Shown in pieces: positions 37,336 through 46,900 of a stretch of 64,000 nt of DNA. Positions within the stretch are counted from its first letter, which is position 1; every line of letters begins with the position of its first letter. The notes beneath the pieces are model-generated. The model was not told the DNA's origin and did not search any database. It saw only the letters and a program-made list of their open reading frames with translations. Both the position numbers and the translations under genes were made by a program. The DNA comes from Hamiltosporidium tvaerminnensis FI-OER-3-3 (taxonomy: Eukaryota > Fungi > Microsporidia). Where the stretch lies: NCBI GenBank assembly GCA_022605425.2, contig JAKIMF020000007.1, forward strand, positions 186,001 through 250,000, read 5' to 3'.

Positions 37336-38670
37336 ATGACAGTGTGTAGAGAGAAGAAAGATTCCGATGTGGTTATTGTTGATTATGGACGAACGCCTGT
37401 GTGTAAGGCTAAGCGTGGTATGTTTAGAGAGTATGGTAATGATTATTTGTTGTTTTTTGTTTTGAAAAATATTGTGAATAGAAATTTTAAAGTGGGTGAT
37501 AAAATTGGGGAGAGTGGGATTTATGGTGGTGGTGTGGATATGAAATATAAGCAGAGGGATGAAATAGAAGGTGATAAGGTGTGTGTTGAGGAGATAGGTG
37601 ATATTATATTTGGTAATGTTTTGGCGCCAGCAGGTGGATCGATGACATTACGTATGGCGTGTATACATGCAGGAATACCGTATACTACACCGTTTTTGAC
37701 ATTGAATAGACAATGTGGAAGTGGATTAGAAGCATTGGAAGTATTGAGCGGAAAACTTAAAACCAACAGAATCAAGATAGGAATATGTGGTGGATTTGAG
37801 TTCATGACCAAAGACAGTCTTTCTGTGAAATATGATGTGAGTACTGAGTTGTATTTGGATGACCGAGTAAAGAAATGTTTACTTCCGATGGGTGAGACAG
37901 CAGAGAATATATGTAAGAAACACAACTATACGAGGAAAGATTGTGATATTATTGGATATTTAAGTCATAAAAAAGCTTTAAAAGCTGCAAAAGATTTGAG
38001 ATATTCCGAACAAATTATTCCAATTCCTGTTTCTGATAAAGGAAAAGTGTATAAACTTGATAGTGAAAATATTTCTGATGATAGCCTGTCAAAAATAAAT
38101 ACCAGTGGAATTGATAATATAAATGAAGAAAATTTTGTGACAGAAGATGAGGGTATGCGTGTATGTGATGTGGAGGGTCTTGGTAAATTAAAACCTGCAT
38201 TTTTGGTGGATGGTGTTTGTACGGCAGGTAATTCAAGTCAGTTGAGTGATGGTGCATGTGGTATGTTGGTAACTACACGAGAGTTTGCAAGAGAAAAGAA
38301 TTTAAGCATAAAAAGTATATTTGTAGATTATTGTTGTGTCGGTGTCGATCCAAGTCTGATGGGAATCGGACCAGTATCTGCAGTAAAAAAATTGTTAGAA
38401 AATAACAAACTCGGTATTGAAGATATAAGTTTATGGGAGATAAATGAAGCATTTGGTGTGGTGTTGGCATATTGTATACAAGAACTTGGTATTAAAATTG
38501 AAAAAGTTAATAAATGGGGTGGTAGTATTGCTATCGGTCATCCTGTTGGTAGTAGTGGTGCCAGACTTGTTGGTAATTTGATATGCGGCTTAGAAAGTGG
38601 ATGTTATGGTGTTGTTACCTTGTGTTGTGGTGGTGGTATGGGAGTAGCTGCTTTATTTTATAAAGAATGA
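37336..38670 (+). CDS. Thiolase (acetyl-CoA C-acyltransferase / 3-ketoacyl-CoA thiolase family)
   Basis: RTP, NRQCGSGL (catalytic Cys), GNSSQLSDGA, MGIGP, NEAF, GHPVGSSGAR and LCCGGGMG motifs; CCC at 37327. Confidence 0.97.
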   Translation: MTVCREKKDSDVVIVDYGRTPVCKAKRGMFREYGNDYLLFFVLKNIVNRNFKVGDKIGESGIYGGGVDMKYKQRDEIEGDKVCVEEIGDIIFGNVLAPAGGSMTLRMACIHAGIPYTTPFLTLNRQCGSGLEALEVLSGKLKTNRIKIGICGGFEFMTKDSLSVKYDVSTELYLDDRVKKCLLPMGETAENICKKHNYTRKDCDIIGYLSHKKALKAAKDLRYSEQIIPIPVSDKGKVYKLDSENISDDSLSKINTSGIDNINEENFVTEDEGMRVCDVEGLGKLKPAFLVDGVCTAGNSSQLSDGACGMLVTTREFAREKNLSIKSIFVDYCCVGVDPSLMGIGPVSAVKKLLENNKLGIEDISLWEINEAFGVVLAYCIQELGIKIEKVNKWGGSIAIGHPVGSSGARLVGNLICGLESGCYGVVTLCCGGGMGVAALFYKE

Positions 38671-38898
38671 ATATTCTTCAAATTTTATGGTAATAAAAGG
38701 TAGTTAAAAAAAGGTAGTTAAAAAAAGGTAATAAAAGTGGTTATAAAATACGTTTTAATATTCAAAAATATTTATTTGTATTTTCTTGTTCTTATCAATA
38801 ACTGTATGCTTTTGTTCTCTAAGTATGTGGAAAGTTTTTTTTCTTATTTATATTCAAATTCTTTTCTTTTTTAAGCAAGAAAATTTAGTTGTTTCCGT

Positions 38899-38951
38899 TA
38901 TATAACACTTGTCACTGCTTTTTAAAAAAGATGTGAAATTTTTAAATAAAG
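38899..38951 (+). mobile_element. 3'-terminal stub of the SINE-like element
   Basis: tataacacttgtcactgctttttaaaaaagatgtgaaatttttaaataaag matches the last ~50 nt of copies B and C. Confidence 0.8.
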
Positions 38952-39803
38952 TCACTTTGTTCGTTCGAAAATATTGAGTAGTTCCATTCTTTTGAATAAA
39001 AAACACCTTTTGGAAGTGATAAAAACGTGTTTTTTTAAGAAAATATTCATTTTTTCAAATTCAACTTTTAAGAAAAATAAAGATCAGAATATGTAATTCA
39101 AATATTTTTAATTAAAAATTTTTATTTATTTTAAGAATTTTAGACCGAATTTTTTTATTCGATATTTTGACTTGCAATACCGTTTCCTAGAACAGTCTTT
39201 TTAATTAAAGCAAGTGATTATATCAATATTTTAGTTTATCAAATCTAAATTTAAATACCTGGTCATAAAATCAAATATCTTATTTTTTTACTTTCAACAT
39301 TCCCTTGGTATATTCTATGTAATTCTCTACCATCAAATTTACATACACATGATATATTTAATTGCAAATTAAACTTAAATTTTTATTTATTTAAAAATTT
39401 AACTTTTTTATAATTGCTTTTATTTAACTCTTAGCTACGTTTAACAGTATAAATTTATTTTGTTTTACTGAAATGTAATTAATTTGAATTTAGATTCAAC
39501 CAAATCTTTACCTTCAATATGTTTCATTTAATAGATTTAATATTTTTTATTAATTTATTCTCTTAGTATTCTGATTTACAAAAATTTTTCTTTTGATCTG
39601 CTAATTAATATTTCATTGGTTTTTTTAGTATCTTTATTCAATGGGGTTATATACAATTTTTTTCTAGCTATCTTTGGTTGACAAAAATAATGTTTACTCT
39701 TTTCGTACAAATAGAAAATTTAATTTTTCATTTAACCATGCGATATATTGGATAAAATATTTTTGAAATTATTATATAAAATTATAGATAATAGATTTGA
39801 AAT

Positions 39804-40526
39804 GTGGAGGGAGTATAACCACATAAAAAACTTTCTGCTTGGCAATAAGTGTGTGAAACAGTGTGAGATCACTGTTTGGATTTTTGGTGGGAATAAAACC
39901 ACACTACATCTTCGGTTGTTCCATGGGAGTTTGTATGAGGAGAAGAGGTCTAAGAAATGGAGAAACTTTTTCTACAAATTTATTTGTAGTTTTTTACGTA
40001 ATCAGATTGCAGACCGTAGCAAAAAATATGGGTAATTGGCAGGTAAAAGCATGGAAACCTAGCCTTGCTCACTCGGGTTAGAAGACTTAGCGCCAGGAAG
40101 GTACAAAACAGAAACCATTAAAAGTTGGGAGAGCTAAGATGCATGTTATACCTGTTGATATGACCTTACACTGTCTAGGTGGACCCATGTAAATATCTGA
40201 AATATATCTTAGCTAGAAGTTTATTGGGTTCAGAAAGTGTAGAGTAAGTGGGAATGCAGCATAGTCTTGGGGGAGCCCGGGGGGTCCGGCCTTCGATCAC
40301 ACTCCATGCAACGGACATTAACGAACCCCGGGCAACTGCCCCATCTATTAATTAGGTTCTACACACCTAGTAGATGATAGGCTTTGGGATGTAAGTATCG
40401 CAGGGGTTATCGATGGAGTGTCGGGGAGCAGTTATTAATTTTAAACCTAGAACTGCGTTAATGTGATGAAAACAAATGTAATACTTGTCACTGTTTTAAA
40501 AAAGATGTGATACTTTTAAATAAAGT
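39804..40526 (+). mobile_element. SINE-like structured non-coding element, copy B, 13-bp TSD
   Basis: Colinear with A and C; flanked by ATAGATTTGAAAT at 39791-39803 and 40527-40539. Confidence 0.93.
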
Positions 40527-40606
40527 ATAGATTTGAAATAATATAAATAGAACATAAATTGAAATATATTTAAAGTCACTGATTTCGAAGGTACGAATTT
40601 AATGAT

Positions 40607-40740
40607 AATTTAGCAAGTATATAAATAAATGATTCGACATATCTTTGTAGGCTTGAATATATAAAGTGAAATGATTCGGCATATATTTGTTGGCTAGAAT
40701 ATATAAAGTGAAATGATCCCATTTTTTTTTGGCTTGAAAT
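40607..40740. repeat. ~42-bp tandem repeat, ~3 copies (aaatgattcg[a/g]catat..ttgt.ggct.gaatatataaagtg)
   Basis: Units begin near 40607, 40650 and 40691. Confidence 0.8.
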
Positions 40741-42779
40741 TTTAAATATGAATTCTTTAAATTTTGGTCTTTTTTATTAGAAGTTCTTATTTTTGTGGAA
40801 TTTATTTATTCGTTTAATTGTAAATTTTGTATGTTTTTAAATCAGCATTTTATCTTCTCACATATATTTTCTGACTCAAATTTCTTGAATTTTTATAATC
40901 AGCATTTATCTTTTAATCTGGTATAATTTTCTTAAATTTCTCAGTTCTTTTAGCCAAACATTTATATCTTTCTTTTATGAATTTGCTATTTAACATTTGC
41001 GTTGTATTGATTCATCATTTTATTTATCTTCTGTTCTATTTTTTTTAGATTTATCTGTTTATTACGCTATAATTATATTTTTTTCGTAAGTTCCTTCTAT
41101 TTATATCACAATACACCTCTACCTTCTAGTTTACATGTAATTAGAGTTTTTTTCTAAAAAATTATGTGTAGATATAACAAAATAATCTATTATGTAACTA
41201 TGTTTTTAATCGAAATGTTAATTTTAAATCGATTTAACTAGTATATTATATCAATAAGAACGAGATATTTTATAATGATTGAGCTATATATGATAAACAA
41301 TAAATATCAAGAAAAAAATACTTTTTATTCCCTGAGTAAAATTTTATTCAATGATTATTTGTAATTTCGTGAAACTATTAGAAAAATCCTCAAACTGGTG
41401 ATATTAAATTGGTAAATCTCCTGATTTATTGGCGAAAGAATCTTAAAAACAAAATCAAGAAAGGTTATTTGCCTCAATGATATTTTCAGCATAAAATAAT
41501 ACAAGTTTAGAAAAAACACGAATACTTTTCTGATTACATTCTTAAGAGATACTATTATATTGGAATTGGTGTTAAACCTTTATTTGATTGGGTTTTTTGA
41601 AGGAATTTTACATTTTGAAGTAAATTGTATTTGGAATCAAAAAAATAATATTTATGCTAATTTTTAACAAATAAAACACTTTGAGTTTTTTTAGCCAACC
41701 TGCTTCTCAATTATATAATGGATAGATGATTACATAAAAAAATTGATTGGCAATATTTGAAAAAAAAGAGATTTAAAATAAGCTCATATATACTAATTCG
41801 GTTTCAAAAAAATTTAAATTTTAAGTTTAATGATTATCAATTCTTTGTATTTATCTTATATTTTTTATTTGGACAAAGAATTATATAAGATTCTTTTTTT
41901 TCTAAACATAGCTATATTGATTTTAATATCTTCGGATTCATATAATGATTTCTATTCGAAATATATGTCGATTTTATTCCTTTTGTAATCCCTACTATAT
42001 TGGGTTATTGCAATCTCAAATATATTTTTAAACCATTAAATTACCAAAATAAACCTTATACATACAAGAACCTCCATGAATTCACATTTATTTTTCTTTA
42101 AAAATCCAAAATATTTTTAAACTGAAATATTATTCTTTTTAGAATTTAATAGATTAATTTCAAAAACACGTACATGGTGGTGCAATTCATTTCTCAAAAA
42201 AAACCTGGTTAAAACTTCCAAACATATTGCAAAATTTGAAATATAAATACGCTTTATTATATATTTCAAAACGGTTTTAATGTTTATTTCACTAGATTTT
42301 TATTCAAAAATTTATTCATCAATATAGCTAATAGAATAGAAGCATAATAGATTTAAAAAGAGTCAAAATGAATTATTTTCTTCTTTATATTTGATTTAGG
42401 TCTTTTTTTATTTGGGCCTTCCTCTTGGATGCAAATAACTCGAGGCGAAATTTAATTTTTATTCTTTATAATTATTTATTTTATACCTTTGAACAATTAG
42501 CGTTTCGGTAGTAATTATCTGATCTGTTTCGGCGTTTCGGTTACTGGCATATAATGCGAGCTTCTGGTTTAATTGACCTTAATTAACACCAAAGACAATC
42601 TCTATTTCCATATTGTATTTTTTGTATACCAATTCGATAATTAGTGAACGGAATATTCTCCAGTAAAAGATAGCCTATATTTGTCTCGTTTGTTGTTATA
42701 CTTCTAAAAATCCATCTCTAATATCTGGTTGTTTGATAGAAACCAATCCTAGATATTTGTTTGTTACTTTATTTAATGT

Positions 42780-42960
42780 TCTGTATTATAAAAGAACAAC
42801 ATATTTAGGATTTTAACTTCATTTTTTTACCTTCTATTTTGTACAATGACTGGTTAAGCTCTCTTTATAGTCTCATTTATCGATAAAATCCATCTTGCAC
42901 TTTTAGATTGCGTAGTCATTGACCGAAAACTTAAATAGTTGGCAAGCCAAGCACTTTCAA
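42780..42960 (-). pseudogene. Possible Gypsy/Ty3 RNase H relic
   Basis: Minus-strand SARWILSINE..YKIEGK resembles the Gypsy RLARW.L.L.E..Y..G motif. Confidence 0.35.
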
Positions 42961-43524
42961 GAAGAAATTTTTGGAAATTGCAAATATTTTACATTGCGAT
43001 GTTCCTATAAACAAAGTTTCAATTGATAATTTTGATGCATATTTTAGATATTAAGTTTTGTAAGCCATTTTATACAACTAGTTATAATTATTAATATGTG
43101 AATTTTAATCAGCGTATCTCGCAAGAATACACAATCTTAAGAACTTTCTGATTTTTTATAAGTAATTACAAGTTTTTTATGTTTAACTCTCATAATTTTT
43201 GGGATTAATTCACTCATTTATTTATATGTCCAAAATAAAAATTCAAAAGACAAGAAAAAGTATAATCGAAGCTTTAAAAAAAATTATACTGTTTTTAATG
43301 TCCATTGCTAGTACTTAGACTTTTATAATACTTAATTTTTTGCATACATTAAAAAAGCCAAAAAAATGAAAACTGTAAAAAAATGAAGCAAAAAAAACAA
43401 ATGTTGTTTCAAAAAATATTGTATTTACTAATTCTAAATTTTTATACAATAGAAAATTTTATGAAATAAGAAGAAGTAGACATAAAAAAATGTATAATAG
43501 TAAAGTTACAACTAGAATAATGCG

Positions 43525-43778
43525 CAGCGGTTCTTAACTGGGTGTTCAGGCACCCCCTGTGGTGTGGAAAGGTATTTTTTAAGGTATGGGAAGGTTTTTT
43601 GGAGATGACAGAAGTGCCCGTCAAAGGCTTAAACTCATTCACTGATATACAATGCGTACATTTTTTTAAATAAGCAAAACGATATCACAAAAAATAGAAA
43701 CTTATTTTGCATCAGGGTGCAGAGAAAGAATTCCAGATTTAAAGAGGTACAACTCACCTAAAAGGGAAAAAACCACTG
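43525..43778. mobile_element. hAT/Charlie-like MITE
   Basis: Imperfect TIRs CAGCGGTTCTTAAC..AAAAAACCACTG, matching the CAGTGGTTCTCAAC-type hAT end; subterminal GCACCC/GGGTGC; 8-bp flanks match only 5/8 (ataatgcg / atatagag). Confidence 0.55.
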
Positions 43779-45749
43779 ATATAGAGGAAATAAAATATAT
43801 TTCATTTAAAAAAATTGTTATAAAAATTATAAGATATATAGAAAATATCGAAATGCGGCATAATAGTCTCAAGCCCGGGTTAAAAAATATGAGAGTTAGG
43901 CTTCGATTAAAAAATACTCTTTTTTAAACATCAAAAGGTTATGACTCGTTTGCAAAACGTAGGATAACGAGACAAAACCACAGGCTTAAACTAAACAAAG
44001 ACGAAATAAAGTTTAAACACGAAAAATCGCGATTTGAAATGTGCGGGCACTTTATAGACCAGAGAAATTAAATTTTTTGAAATTAGAGATTAAAAAAATT
44101 GTAATTAGAATAGCAGCGCGTATAAGATTTTTGAAAAGAAAACAAATTTTACTAAACATTCAGATAACAGAATTTTCATATTTAAAAACGAGACTCTGTT
44201 CGTATACGTTTCCTCCTGTATGTGCTATAAATAAAAGATTTTATTTCCAGAGTAAAGCATTATGGAAAGTTCGCCAGAGATACGACGAGTTCTGCTCTGC
44301 CGTTCTTAAGCCTGGATAAAGAGGCAGTTGAGTATATGGTTTACACACCTATCTCCAAAAACCATGTTGATACGAAACCGAAACAGAATAATAAATATTC
44401 TGAAAAAAAATCTAATTAAAAAAACGAAAATAAATGTTTAATTTATATTGGAATATGGAATTCGCGCAGCCTTTTACGACCAGGTGGATTATCATAATGT
44501 AAGGCAGTCGAAGTAAACGGCAAAGAAAACAACTAATAGTGAAATATCGTTAAAAAGGCCCGAGATCTTTAAGATTGGAGCGCTCATTAAGTGGTAGTAA
44601 AACTTATGGATAAAGAATTAGATAATGAGCCGCATATGATTATAATATAATTCGCATATTTGCAAAATTTTCATTCACATTGACAACAAGGAAATATTTG
44701 ACTTAGAAAAAGACAGAGTTATGACCTGTTAAAAATATATTTTTATGCTTAAAATTACAAAAAATAGTGCTCGAAGACATGAATACTAGAATCTGGAGTC
44801 TATGTCTACAAAACACATCTTAGAAAATATATCTTGCACATAAAATCGTGTAAGAAATGGTTTCGACTTTTTGGCTTTGCTATGAGTTGAAACATAAATT
44901 TGAAATGCATGATTTCGCTCAAATTTATGGCTAAGACAACTCTAAGCTGCCAGATAATTATATTTGAAGGCAATATATAATGCAGGAATAGATTCGAGAT
45001 ATACATCAAATGATTATAATGCGAGACATTTATAGATTACATCTTGCGAAATAACACTACCCTGTAATCAAAAATCAAGCCAAAAGATGTGAAGACTTAA
45101 CCCTTTAAAAGGTCTTTGAACCTGGTCCAACTTCCCAAAATTAAAGAATCTAAACCTAAAAAAACTTCCTAAGAAAATATCTCAATATATAAATTCTGTG
45201 GTATTTTTTTTAATTCGTGAAGTAGGTACCAAAATTCAAAAGACACGAAGAAATTCAAATCTTGCAATGCAGAGCGAGAGTTGAGAATTTGATCGCTTTT
45301 ACAGTAATGCAAATCAAAGTGTGGTTTTTGAAAAGAGAAAACTGGCAAATCTACGCTAAGTCATTAAAGAGAGTAATTGTTGCAGAAATAACAAGGTAGA
45401 ACAAAAAACAATTTAATATAGCGAATGATAAAACATTAAATTATGCCGAACGAGTAAAAGAATATTGTAAGAAGTTGCTTTAACAAATAAGCAAGATAAA
45501 TGATACATATTTTAAAGACTTAAGAAGGGTTCCAAAGACAGTATTCTGATTTTATAAAAATTTAATAAAATTTAGAAACAAAGCTGGCAATGGTCTACCT
45601 ATGATTAGATCATTTTGAGCTGTTCCAAAACCAAATTACGCAGTTGAAAATAAAACGAGAAGAACCAAAGATTCAATCGCATATTTCGAATAGATACATG
45701 AACCCGAACTAAACCTTAATAGAAATAAAAAGATTTTTTTAGGAAGATA

Positions 45750-46900
45750 ATAATTTACCTGTAAAGATGGTGAAAAAACAAAGATAATGAGGCATTGATA
45801 AGTAGTTTTTCAATGGAATTTTATCTGGGATTTTAGAAGTTTGACGGCTTTAAAATAACCCATGTTCGTAATAAGCTCTTGGTATGTATATGTGAAAAAA
45901 GCTCGAAATTAATCTGTACAGGTTATAGGAAAGATTTTTTTTTGAATTTATCTTAGAAATTACAGCGAAAAACTATGAGCTAAACATTTTGAAAATACAT
46001 GTGAACTATTCTTGAGGAATTCCAATTGAGTTTTTTGATAGGGATCAACGATCAACCAAATATTTCCTCTTAGATTTCTTTCGGAAATGATAAGAGCACA
46101 AGCAAATAATTTTTCGGTATTATATGAACTATGAACAATTATATAATGCTGTAAATTAAAACTTCTTGTAGAAACAATATCAGAACACAGATACCAGAGA
46201 AGATTGTAAGTATAATTAGAATGACCTGAAAACTTTAATCATTTTTTTCGATGGCCGAAAAGTTTATTAAATTTGAAATATGCCGTAGTTTTAGACGGGT
46301 ATACTTTGTTCTACTATATGTTTTTTGCTTAAACGCTTGAAAAAGAAATAAAAAAATGTAAGAAATCGATCAAAAGCAACTCTCTACACTGAAAATTTGG
46401 ATCACGGGGCCATCACAAGGCTATCCGCATTAAAACTACAAGGTAGATTATCCTCTATAACATTTCAATAAAATCAAATATTAATTCTTAAAAGCAAGTA
46501 ATAATATTGAATAAAGTTGCAGAATTAAATTTTAATTCAAAAATCAGAAAGTAAAAATCTATATCTCAAGCATATAAATTCCGTTTAGATGCTATATCAT
46601 CCTTAAAATATCTATTACTTCTTTCAACAGATAATAAAAATAATACTTTAAAAATAAAGAAGAGATTAAAAATCATCATTATTGCTTTCTTAGGTACAAA
46701 TAATCTTAAATTCCCAGCTTTTAATCTGAAAAGTAATAAAATAATGCCTTTATACGCCCTTAGACATATATTTATCTATACTTGTGGAAAAAGAATAGTT
46801 ACTCAATAAAAAGAAGTTATGCCCGGCATGTGAACTAAATTTTCTAGTGGAGAATATGAACAACAAGAAACAAGCAAATTATGTGTCAGTTTCGTTATAA
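45750..46900 (+). pseudogene. Heavily decayed Gypsy-like pol relic
   Basis: Fragments in Gypsy domain order: PVKMVKK and DFRSL (RT), CELF..IEF (RT thumb), LYT..DHGAITRL..LK.QGRL (RNase H), CPACELN (integrase Zn finger). Many stops. Confidence 0.45.

Noticed and set aside
39937-40020. RNase P P4 (GAGGUCU..CAGACC)
   Set aside because: The two strands are only ~60 nt apart, too close, and other conserved regions are not evident.
39748-40081. ORFs 39748/39863 and their counterparts 57882/57892 as a small protein family
   Set aside because: They are translations of the repeat: starts differ and are non-ATG, and copy A has a stop and a frameshift in these frames.
40270-40440. HDV-like or hammerhead ribozyme, or SRP helix 8, in the element
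   Set aside because: CCGGGCAAC and CAGG..AGCAG resemble parts of these, but I could not place HDV P3/L3, a CUGANGA..GAAA core or a correctly spaced SRP54 loop.
40440-40452. Telomerase template (UAAACCUA)
   Set aside because: Too short, no telomeric repeat in the window to compare, and expected by chance.
45097-45116. piggyBac end (TTAACCCTTT)
   Set aside because: No matching inverted end or transposase remnant found.
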